Source of the DNA: Parcubacteria group bacterium
GTDB lineage: Bacteria > Patescibacteriota > Minisyncoccia > Phycocordibacterales > WO2-35-19
Length of the DNA stretch: 64,000 bases
Assembly: GCA_012514175.1 (NCBI GenBank)
Contig: JAAZAU010000012.1
Location: forward strand, 3,479-67,478
Direction: 5' to 3'
The position numbers and the translations under genes are program-made. This document shows positions 29,543 to 39,208 of this stretch, piece after piece. How positions within the stretch are numbered: the stretch's first letter is position 1; each line of letters opens with the position of its first letter. The notes under the pieces were generated by a model, which was not told the origin of the DNA, searched no databases, and saw nothing but the letters and a program-made list of their open reading frames with translations.

Positions 29543-30244
29543 TTGACCATGGAAAAAAATTTTGACGAATTTGAAAACATTATTGGTGTAAAGTTCAAGA
29601 ACAAAGACTTGCTACAGCAAGCTCTGACTCATCGTTCGTTTCTAAACGAACATAAAGCCCTAAAAAACAAACACAATGAACGTTTGGAGTTTTTGGGAGA
29701 CGCCGTTCTTGAACTTGTAATCACCGATTATTTATATAAAGAATACCCAGATAAAACTGAGGGTGATTTAACCTCTATTAGAAGCGCTTTAGTTAACGCA
29801 ACCACTTGCGCCAAAGTTGCAAAAAATTTGGCTGTAAACGACTTTATTCTCCTCTCTAAAGGTGAGACTAAAGACACTGGTAGAGCTAGACAATACATTT
29901 TAGCTAACGCTCTTGAAGCTATCATTGGCGCTATTTATTTAGATGCTGGTTATGAAAGTGCTAAAGATTTCATAATGAAAAATATTGCCCCTATGACAGA
30001 AGAAATTGTAAAAGAAAAACTTTGGATGGATGCAAAAAGTAAATTTCAAGAAAAAGCTCAAGATATAGCAAGCATTACACCTTCATACAAAACACTTAAA
30101 GAGACCGGACCAGACCATGACAAAAAATTTACCGTTGGAGTTTTCCTTGGCGAAACTTTAGTAGCCGAAGGAACAGGTAACTCAAAACAAGACGCTGAAC
30201 AATCCGCTGCTCGTCATGCTCTTCAAAAAAAAGGTTGGGATTAA
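29543..30244 (+). CDS. rnc: Ribonuclease III
   Basis: ERLEFLGDAVLELVI signature plus a C-terminal dsRBD. Confidence 0.9.
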   Translation: MTMEKNFDEFENIIGVKFKNKDLLQQALTHRSFLNEHKALKNKHNERLEFLGDAVLELVITDYLYKEYPDKTEGDLTSIRSALVNATTCAKVAKNLAVNDFILLSKGETKDTGRARQYILANALEAIIGAIYLDAGYESAKDFIMKNIAPMTEEIVKEKLWMDAKSKFQEKAQDIASITPSYKTLKETGPDHDKKFTVGVFLGETLVAEGTGNSKQDAEQSAARHALQKKGWD

Positions 30245-30264
30245 AATTGTGATAAAATAGTTTT

Positions 30265-32520
30265 ATGCTTAAATCACTTCAGATTTCTGGATTTAAAAGT
30301 TTTGCTAAAAAAACAGAACTTGAATTTAAATCACAAATTACCGCTATTGTTGGACCAAACGGTTCCGGTAAATCCAATGTAGCTGAAGCTTTTCGTTTTG
30401 CTCTTGGTGAACAATCCATTAAGTCTATGCGTGGCAAACGCGGTGAAGACCTTATTTGGAACGGTAGCGCTGAAGTTAGTAGAGCTGGACGAGCGTCAGT
30501 AAAAGTCGTCTTGGACAACAAAAACAATCTTTTTTCCGCTGTAAGCAAGGCAACCGAAGGGGGCGATTTTGAAGAAGCTGTTATAGAAAGAGTAGTAAAC
30601 CGTGACGGCACCAACGAATATTATTTAAACGGTTCACTAGTGCGTCTTAAAGATATTATTGAACTACTTGCTAATGCCCATATTGGCGCTTCTGGACATC
30701 ATATTATTTCTCAAGGTGAAGCAGATCGCATACTCAGCGCTAATATGAAAGAAAGAAAAGAAATGGTTGAAGACGCTTTGGGACTTAAAATTTATCAATA
30801 TAAAAGAGAAGAGAGCGAAAGAAAACTTGCTAAAACTGAAGAAAATATTAAACAAGTGGAATCACTCCGCAGGGAAATTGCGCCCCATATTCGTTTTCTT
30901 AAAAAACAGGTTGAAAAAGTTGAGAAAGCTGAAGAACTAAAAAACAAACTTTCTAAATTTTACAGAGAGTATCTAAAACGAGAAAAAATTTATTTAGACA
31001 CACAAAAAAACCAATTAGCAAAAGAGAAAAATCCGGTAATAGAAAGATTGGTTCAGTTGGAAAAAGAAATGGAAGAAGCTAAGCGTATTTTGGCAAATTC
31101 AGCTAAAAAAGATGAGAAAAGCGAAGAGCTCATAGCAATTGAAAACAAAATAAAAAATGAGCGAGACAGCAGAGACAAACTTTACCGCGATATAGGTAGA
31201 ATAGAGGGCGAGATCAACGCTAATCGCAGAAATATTGAGAGAATAGAAGCCGAACAGAGATCTGAAGAAACAAAAACTATACCTCTTAGAGAAGTAGAAG
31301 AATTGGAAAAAGAAATTTCTCAATATTCAGAAGTAACAAAAATTATACAGAAAATAAGAGATTTTATTATTAAACATAAAACTAACTTCAATAGTAAAAA
31401 TTTAAATGAAATTATAGAAAATAATCAAAATCTAGAAAATAAAAAAATAGAAATAGAAGAAAGTATAAAAATTATAGACAACACGCTAACCAATTTCACT
31501 GCCGAATATCAACAAATAAAAGATTCCATAGAAAGAGAAAAAGATTCTAGTCGGGAAGCTGAAAAAAATATTTTCAAAATATCGGGCGAACAAAGCGAAA
31601 CCAGAAGCAAACTTGAACTGCTCAAAGAAAAAGAATACAGATTAAATTTAGAAGAGAATGATTGGAAATTGCAGATTCAAGAAGGTGGGGTATTGTTGGG
31701 CACAGCTATTTTAGGATTTGAAAACGAAACACTAACCGAAGAAAATCAGTCAGAAAACTTTTCTTCAAATAATTTTACAAACCTTGAACCACGCGAAAAA
31801 CAAGAGGAAAGAAAAAAAGAACTTGAAAGGATGAAAATTAGATTAGAAGAACTCGGTGGAGCAGGCGGTAGTGAAGTAATAAAAGAATACAAAGAAACTT
31901 CAGAAAGAGATGCGTTTTTAGCCAAAGAATTAGAAGATTTAAAAAAGTCAGCCGAATCTTTACAACAACTCATCAAAGAACTTTTAGAAAAATTAGATGT
32001 GGAATTCAGAGAAGGTATAAATAAAATCAATAAAACTTTTCAGGAATTTTTCTCAATGATGTTTGGAGGTGGCGAAGCCAAGTTAGAAATAATTAAAAAT
32101 TATAAATTAAAAGCGAAAAATCCAATTGAGGAAGAAATAGAAAACACAGAAGAACAAAAACCGGAAGAAGGTATAGAAATAAACGTTTCGCTTCCTCGTA
32201 AACGTATACGAGGTCTGGATATGCTTTCTGGTGGCGAAAGAGCTCTAACCTCTATCGCGCTTCTTTTCGCTATTTCGCAAGTAAACCCACCACCATTTAT
32301 TATTTTGGATGAAACTGACGCGGCATTAGACGAGGCTAATTCTAAAAAATACGGCGATATGATTGAATCACTTTCTAAAGTCTCTCAACTTATTTTAATT
32401 ACTCATAATCGCGAAACTATGTCTCGTGCTGGTATTATTTACGGTGTAACTATGGGACGCGACGGTGTCTCGCGACTACTTTCTATTGCTTTTGATGAAG
32501 CTGTTACAGTCGCAAAATAA
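30265..32520 (+). CDS. smc: SMC-family chromosome segregation ATPase (short, 751 aa)
   Basis: N-terminal Walker A (ISGFKSFA...GPNGSGKSN), long coiled coils, and a C-terminal LSGGERALTSIALLFAI...FIILDETDAALD. Confidence 0.65.
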   Translation: MLKSLQISGFKSFAKKTELEFKSQITAIVGPNGSGKSNVAEAFRFALGEQSIKSMRGKRGEDLIWNGSAEVSRAGRASVKVVLDNKNNLFSAVSKATEGGDFEEAVIERVVNRDGTNEYYLNGSLVRLKDIIELLANAHIGASGHHIISQGEADRILSANMKERKEMVEDALGLKIYQYKREESERKLAKTEENIKQVESLRREIAPHIRFLKKQVEKVEKAEELKNKLSKFYREYLKREKIYLDTQKNQLAKEKNPVIERLVQLEKEMEEAKRILANSAKKDEKSEELIAIENKIKNERDSRDKLYRDIGRIEGEINANRRNIERIEAEQRSEETKTIPLREVEELEKEISQYSEVTKIIQKIRDFIIKHKTNFNSKNLNEIIENNQNLENKKIEIEESIKIIDNTLTNFTAEYQQIKDSIEREKDSSREAEKNIFKISGEQSETRSKLELLKEKEYRLNLEENDWKLQIQEGGVLLGTAILGFENETLTEENQSENFSSNNFTNLEPREKQEERKKELERMKIRLEELGGAGGSEVIKEYKETSERDAFLAKELEDLKKSAESLQQLIKELLEKLDVEFREGINKINKTFQEFFSMMFGGGEAKLEIIKNYKLKAKNPIEEEIENTEEQKPEEGIEINVSLPRKRIRGLDMLSGGERALTSIALLFAISQVNPPPFIILDETDAALDEANSKKYGDMIESLSKVSQLILITHNRETMSRAGIIYGVTMGRDGVSRLLSIAFDEAVTVAK

Positions 32521-32668
32521 AAGAGCCGTTACACCCAGTGGAGGAAAGTGTAACGGCTATCAGGCTCTTGTGTGTCCGGCCCGGTGAACTAACCAACACC
32601 AGGCAAAACAACTTGACGCACAAATGAACCTGACAACCTTATTATACTCTTATTTAAAATTTTGTCAA
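32521..32668 (-). ncRNA. Candidate small structured RNA or extended terminator region (GC-rich) between convergent smc and rnr
   Basis: Minus strand: -35 ttgaca, 16 nt spacer, -10 tataat immediately after the rnr stop; about 120 nt of GC-rich sequence; then a strong hairpin (aagagcc/gccgttacac...gtgtaacggc/ggctctt) followed by ttttattttg. Confidence 0.3.
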
Positions 32669-34690
32669 TCAGACTAATTCAAAGTCCAAAGTTTTGCGAT
32701 CTAAGTCAGCTGAGATAAGTTTAACCTTAACAATATCACCAAGAGCAAGTTTGTTTTTGGTGTGTTCACCAATTATGCAATAATTTTTAGAATTTAGTCT
32801 GTAGTGATCGTCTGTTAAACTTTTAATACGCACCAAGCCTTCCGCTTTAGTCTCTGGATCTTCCACATAAACACCCCATTCAGTCACACCAGAAACCACA
32901 ACCTCAAACTCTTCGCCAATTTTATCTTGCATAAATTCAACTTGCTTATACTTAACACTGTCTCTTTCAGCTGTTTGAATAATTATTTCTTTTTCACTAG
33001 CTTTTTCTGCGATCTTTTTTAATTTGGCAATTTCATTTTTAGGAATTGGCTCACCTTTTAGATATCTATTTAAAATACGATGCACCACTAAATCTGGATA
33101 ACGACGAATGGGAGATGTGAAATGGGTATAATATTTAAAAGCCAAACCAAAATGACCAATATTTCTAGTAGAATATTCTGCTTTAGCCATAGAGCGAATA
33201 ACAGCGGTTTTTACAAGAGATTCACCGATATGACCTTCTATTTGAGAAAATAGAAAATTCAAATCTTTAGCTCTAACGCCTTTTCCGCTAATTGGTAATT
33301 TGTATCCTAAAGCTTTCACAAAAACGGAAAGTTCTTCAATTTTTTCCATATCTGGCAAATCGTGAACTCTAAAAATACTAGCTCCTCCTCTTTTTTTTAT
33401 TTTATCGCTTATAAATTTGGCAACTTCACGGTTCGCAAGAAGCATCCATTCTTCAATCATTTTCATAGTGTCTAATCTTGGCTCCTTATAAATTCTGAGA
33501 GGTTTACCTCTTGCATCAAGCTCAAACTTGATTTCGTCTGCTTCAAATTCTATAGCGTCGTTTTTGCTTTTTTCTTTTCTGTAAATTTCAGCAATACGAT
33601 TAAGTTCCTGAAGAGGCACCACAAAGTTAAGCGAAGAAGATGAATCTTTTGTTGTATTTAATATTTCTTGCGCTTCTTCATAACTAAATCTTCTGTTTGA
33701 ATTGATTATGGTCTTACCAAACCAACGATCTAAAACTTCGCCAGTCTTTTTTTTGATATCAAACACAGCTGAAAAAGTATAACGATCCGCATTTGGCATA
33801 AGTGAACAAATATCATTACTTAAAACTTCTGGAAGCATCGGAATAGTCCTGTCTACTAAATAAGTAGAAAAATTTCTCTCAGAAGCTTCTCTGTCTAGCG
33901 CCGAACCCGGACTTACAAAATGAGAAACGTCGGCAATGTGGATACCAACTCTGATTTTACCATCACCAATTTCTTCATACGAAAGGGCATCATCAAAATC
34001 TTTTGCATCTTTAGGATCTATTGTGAAAGTAATTGCATTTCTGAAGTCAAGACGTTTATTACCTCTAGGAAAATTCTTTAAAGAAAGTTTAGATAAGTTT
34101 TGCGAAAAAACTTGAACACTTTCTGAAGAAAATTTTTTCTTTAAATTAGTAGCTTCTTTTTCAACTTGAGCAGGAAAGTCATAAACAATACCTTTATCAA
34201 GCAAAATACTCTGCATTTCAGTTTCGTGAACGCCTTTTGGACCGATTATAGTAACAATTTGACCTTTAGGATTAAGATTTGGGTTAGTCCAATTTTCAAT
34301 TTTTACTAAAACTTTAAGTCCCGCTTTCGCTTCTTTAGGAAAATTTAAAATATCCACTTTTCTATAAAATTTCCAATCATCAGGCACAAAAGATAACCCG
34401 TTGCCAGATTTTTCCAGAGTGCCCACAAAATTAGTTTTGTTTCTTTTTATTATTTTGGTTACTTTGCCTTTTTTTCTATCTCTATCTTTACCAATAATTT
34501 CTATTTCTACTTCATCCTTGTCTAGAGCACAATTCAAATTTTCTTCAAAAACTATAATGTCCTCACCTTGCGTCGCACCCCGACCTTTAACGGAAATGGA
34601 TCTCGGAATCACCACAAAACCAACTGGCCTGTCTGTGATCTTGATGGTTCCCACATATTTTTTCTTTTTCGTTTTTCTTTTTTTAGCCAT
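32669..34690 (-). CDS. rnr: Ribonuclease R (RNB-family 3'-5' exoribonuclease)
   Basis: RNB motif HFGLAFKYYTHFTSPIRRYPDLVVHR and a C-terminal S1 domain. Confidence 0.85.
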   Translation of the reverse strand: MAKKRKTKKKKYVGTIKITDRPVGFVVIPRSISVKGRGATQGEDIIVFEENLNCALDKDEVEIEIIGKDRDRKKGKVTKIIKRNKTNFVGTLEKSGNGLSFVPDDWKFYRKVDILNFPKEAKAGLKVLVKIENWTNPNLNPKGQIVTIIGPKGVHETEMQSILLDKGIVYDFPAQVEKEATNLKKKFSSESVQVFSQNLSKLSLKNFPRGNKRLDFRNAITFTIDPKDAKDFDDALSYEEIGDGKIRVGIHIADVSHFVSPGSALDREASERNFSTYLVDRTIPMLPEVLSNDICSLMPNADRYTFSAVFDIKKKTGEVLDRWFGKTIINSNRRFSYEEAQEILNTTKDSSSSLNFVVPLQELNRIAEIYRKEKSKNDAIEFEADEIKFELDARGKPLRIYKEPRLDTMKMIEEWMLLANREVAKFISDKIKKRGGASIFRVHDLPDMEKIEELSVFVKALGYKLPISGKGVRAKDLNFLFSQIEGHIGESLVKTAVIRSMAKAEYSTRNIGHFGLAFKYYTHFTSPIRRYPDLVVHRILNRYLKGEPIPKNEIAKLKKIAEKASEKEIIIQTAERDSVKYKQVEFMQDKIGEEFEVVVSGVTEWGVYVEDPETKAEGLVRIKSLTDDHYRLNSKNYCIIGEHTKNKLALGDIVKVKLISADLDRKTLDFELV

Positions 34691-34767
34691 ATTCGCCCTA
34701 TATTAACACAGTTTTATGATAGATGTCGCGACACTTTATACTGAGCACCAATAAACTCTTGATAGGG

Positions 34768-34795
34768 TTGACTAATATTTGGAAAAAGTTATACT
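34768..34795 (+). promoter_or_regulatory. Candidate promoter for the 16S rRNA gene
   Basis: -35 ttgact, 16 nt spacer, -10 tatact, about 350 nt upstream of the 16S 5' end. Confidence 0.45.
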
Positions 34796-35140
34796 AAATA
34801 TACTCTTTAAATAAGAGCTGTTTTTTGAGTTCGTTGACATATCTTGAAATAACAAAGTACAAGAAAAGAGTTGTTCACTTTGAGCCTAGGTAAGGTTTGG
34901 TGAGCAACTGCAAGTCTCAAATTTTAAGTAGTCCGTTTAGACTATTATAAAAATGTTGAAAACTTAGTGATTTCGAAAAAACTGACCAGGATCAAATCAA
35001 GAGTAAAAACTAAAAAATATTTTTTGTTTTGTTCCGTTCTGTTTATTTTGATTTATCAAAATTAAGCATCTGCCAACAAGGCAGAAACTAAAGTAACGAA
35101 AATTATCCGTCTCTTTGGCGGATAAAATAAACTTCGTTTT

Positions 35141-36820
<1,680 letters not shown>

Positions 36821-36912
36821 GCTTTGCTTTGCAAAGTGTCAACGGAGGTTGGGTTTTGAAAAGCCTTTGGCTAACAAAATCCACGAACGGAACAAAACAA
36901 AAAATATTTTTC

Positions 36913-36940
36913 AAAAAAGCGCTTATCTGAGCGCTTTTTT
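36913..36940 (+). terminator. Intrinsic terminator directly downstream of 16S
   Basis: aagcgc-ttatctga-gcgctt hairpin + tttt. Confidence 0.6.
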
Positions 36941-36967
36941 GTTACCATTTTGTTGTCATTTTTCCTC

Positions 36968-36997
36968 TTGACTTTTATACACGAATTATGCTATAAT
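36968..36997 (+). promoter_or_regulatory. Near-consensus extended -10 sigma70 promoter (module 1)
   Basis: -35 ttgact, 18 nt spacer, tgc-tataat. Confidence 0.55.
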
Positions 36998-37023
36998 TAG
37001 GGGTAGGAAAGGAGGAAATTATA

Positions 37024-37251
37024 ATGAAAAATTTCCTTATCAGTGTTGTTGTTTTTTTCTTTTTTTGCTTTGTTCTGCACCTTGTTGCAGAGCAAAGCAG
37101 CAAAAAGATGTTGTTTGTTGAGAAGGTTTGGCCCGATGGTCCAATAGTGAGGATTGTAAACCATAAGGGCCAAGAGGTTAGCATTGACACTAACCTCGAA
37201 AATAGGACTTATGAAGTAATCTGGGTCGCCCCGGAACACTTTCGTAAATAA
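37024..37251 (+). CDS. Small secreted protein (75 aa; signal peptide + about 50 aa mature domain)
   Basis: Strong SD aaaggagg 8 nt upstream of the ATG; hydrophobic N-terminus MKNFLISVVVFFFFCFVLHLVA; elevated GC relative to neighbours. Confidence 0.5.
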   Translation: MKNFLISVVVFFFFCFVLHLVAEQSSKKMLFVEKVWPDGPIVRIVNHKGQEVSIDTNLENRTYEVIWVAPEHFRK

Positions 37252-37269
37252 GTAAAAGGGGCGACCTAA

Positions 37270-37300
37270 GCGGCATAGTTACAGTTTATGCCGCTTTTTT
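37270..37300 (+). terminator. Intrinsic terminator of module 1
   Basis: gcggcata-gttacagtt-tatgccgc hairpin + tttttt. Confidence 0.6.
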
Positions 37301-37301
37301 C

Positions 37302-37329
37302 TTGCAAAAATTATTTTTTGTGCTATAAT
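37302..37329 (+). promoter_or_regulatory. Near-consensus extended -10 sigma70 promoter (module 2)
   Basis: -35 ttgcaa, 16 nt spacer, tgc-tataat; shares the gctataatta core with module 1. Confidence 0.5.
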
Positions 37330-37373
37330 TATAGCAGAATAACACCACCAATCAAAAACAAAAAGGAGGTAAG

Positions 37374-37613
37374 ATGACTTGGAAAAAAGTGGCGGAAGGT
37401 TTGTTTACTGTCTCTTTTCTGATTGCCTGCGTTGTGATTGGATGGGTGATCAGAGGTTGGACGTTCGGAGTCGGTATCGCAATAGGAGCACTGACAGTGT
37501 GGCTGTTGCTGAACCGGCGATCCTCAAAACCTGAGCTTTTCGTTGTGGTCAAAAGCTACAACGAGAAACAGGTAGCGGACAATTGGCGCGGCCTGAATGA
37601 TCAGGATATTTGA
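37374..37613 (+). CDS. Small membrane protein with two predicted TM helices (79 aa) and a charged C-terminal tail
   Basis: SD aaggaggt 3-4 nt upstream of the ATG; two hydrophobic helices (GLFTVSFLIACVVIGWVI and FGVGIAIGALTVWLLL); about 48-50% GC against a roughly 36% background. Confidence 0.5.
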   Translation: MTWKKVAEGLFTVSFLIACVVIGWVIRGWTFGVGIAIGALTVWLLLNRRSSKPELFVVVKSYNEKQVADNWRGLNDQDI

Positions 37614-37635
37614 TCATGGGCCGCCAAAACAAATC

Positions 37636-37675
37636 AGGAGGTGAATCAAACGTTCGCCTCCTTTTTCTTTTTCTT
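37636..37675 (+). terminator. Intrinsic terminator of module 2
   Basis: aggaggtg-aatcaaacgtt-cgcctcct hairpin + tttttctttttc. Confidence 0.6.
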
Positions 37676-37746
37676 GTTTTAAATAATATTTTTTGTTATA
37701 TTTTTAATAGATTTGATCCGCCTTTGCTAAAGCTTTGGCGGAATAA

Positions 37747-37824
37747 GCGCGTGTAGCTCAGTCTGGTTAGAGCACCCCACTGATAATGGGGAGGTCTCAG
37801 GTTCGATTCCTGACACGCGCACCA
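37747..37824 (+). tRNA. tRNA-Ile (anticodon GAT), CCA encoded
   Basis: Acceptor gcgcgtg/cacgcgc, anticodon loop ctgataa, T-arm tcagg-ttcgatt-cctga, 3' acca. Confidence 0.85.
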
Positions 37825-37852
37825 TATTTTTAAAAAACCTCAAAAAATTAAT

Positions 37853-39145
37853 TTAAGAGCGGTCGTTTAAGATGTCTTCTTCAATTCTAAGGAGTTCGTT
37901 GTATTTAGCGATACGTTCACCTCGAGAGAGTGAACCGGTTTTTATGTATTTACTAGAAACTCCTACCGCAAGATGAGACACGGCCGTATCTTCAGTTTCT
38001 CCAGAACGATGAGAGATGATAGTCGTCCAAGAAGATTCTTTAGCTTTTTTAACAACATCTAAAGTCTCACTCAAAGTTCCTATCTGATTCAGTTTGACCA
38101 AAATAGTGTTGGCGGCTTTCTTTTCTATACTTTCAATCAATCTTTTCATATTAGTAACAATCAAGTCGTCACCAACTATCATAATGTTCTCACCAAATTT
38201 TGCAGTGAAATTTATGCTAGCCTCCCAATCATCTTCAGCAAAAGGATCTTCTACAGAAATAATCGGATAATTTTTGATAAGACCTTCATAATAATCAGAA
38301 AGCTCATCGCCAGTCATCTCCTTGTTTTCTGATTTCAAAACATATTTGCCGTTTTTGTGTGCTTCTACGGAATCTTCAGACGAATTAGAATAAAATTCAG
38401 AAGCAGCGACATCAAGAGCAATACCAAAATCAACACCCGGACTAAAACCTGCTTTTTGAATAGCTTGCATTATTAAATCCAAAGCATCTTTATGAGAAGG
38501 AATTTTAGGAGCGAAACCACCCTCATCTCCAACCGCAATACTAAGATTATTTTCTAACAAAACATCCTTCAAACACATAAAGATTTCGTTGCAATTTTCT
38601 AACACTTTCCGAAAAGTGCCATATCTTTGGAGTGGCACAATCATAAATTCTTGAATATCCAAATCATTATCAGCGTGAGCGCCACCATTTATAATGTTAA
38701 CCATAGGAATGGGAAGGGTGGGGAAATTATTCCCAAGAAGAGTAGCGATATAACTATGAAAAGGAATATTTTTTCTGAGCGCCTCCGCTTTGGCAAAAGA
38801 CATAGAAATACCAAGTGTAGTATTGGCGCCAAAATTTGATTTATTTTCTGTCCCGTCTTTTTCTATAAGATAATCATCTAAAGAGCGTTGATCAAAATCT
38901 TTGCCGATAAATTCTTTGCTAATATCATTTTCTATTTTTTTTGCTAATTTAGCTACTCCTTTACCAGCAAAGTGTTCAGGATCAGCATCTCTTTTCTCTA
39001 AAGCTTCGTATTTGCCAGTAGAAGCTCCACTGGGAACGCTAAAACGCCCCATCATTCCGCCCTCAAGAATTGTATCTACTTCAAGAGTGGGATTACCTCT
39101 AGAATCTAATATTTCTCTAGCGTTAATTTTAGTTATTTTAGACAT
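37853..39145 (-). CDS. eno: Enolase
   Basis: MSKITKINAREILDSRGNPTLEV...; start taken at the internal Met matching the canonical enolase N-terminus. Confidence 0.9.
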   Translation of the reverse strand: MSKITKINAREILDSRGNPTLEVDTILEGGMMGRFSVPSGASTGKYEALEKRDADPEHFAGKGVAKLAKKIENDISKEFIGKDFDQRSLDDYLIEKDGTENKSNFGANTTLGISMSFAKAEALRKNIPFHSYIATLLGNNFPTLPIPMVNIINGGAHADNDLDIQEFMIVPLQRYGTFRKVLENCNEIFMCLKDVLLENNLSIAVGDEGGFAPKIPSHKDALDLIMQAIQKAGFSPGVDFGIALDVAASEFYSNSSEDSVEAHKNGKYVLKSENKEMTGDELSDYYEGLIKNYPIISVEDPFAEDDWEASINFTAKFGENIMIVGDDLIVTNMKRLIESIEKKAANTILVKLNQIGTLSETLDVVKKAKESSWTTIISHRSGETEDTAVSHLAVGVSSKYIKTGSLSRGERIAKYNELLRIEEDILNDRS

Positions 39146-39175
39146 ATATAAATTATATCGCATCTAAAAAAATAA

Positions 39176-39205
39176 AAAACCGCCGATTGCCAGGCGGTTT
39201 TTTAT
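39176..39205. terminator. Bidirectional terminator between ppsA and eno
   Basis: aaaaaccgcc-gattgcca-ggcggtttttt. Confidence 0.5.
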
Positions 39206-39208
39206 TTT

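Noticed and set aside
30279-30614. 111-aa antisense ORF at the smc 5' end
   Set aside because: It overlaps the conserved SMC Walker A region on the opposite strand and has no signals.
32521-32668. Identification of the GC-rich smc/rnr spacer as 4.5S (SRP) RNA
   Set aside because: It lacks the conserved domain-IV GGAA/AGCAGC motifs and a 5'-3' terminal helix. It is kept only as an unclassified candidate sRNA or terminator.
34844-34880. Second rRNA promoter (ttgaca at 34844)
   Set aside because: No acceptable -10 hexamer lies at 16-18 nt spacing.
36826-37746. Treating the 16S-to-tRNA-Ile interval as an ordinary 16S-23S ITS
   Set aside because: A strong terminator follows 16S, two promoter-bearing protein genes intervene, and no 23S follows tRNA-Ile (eno lies on the opposite strand).
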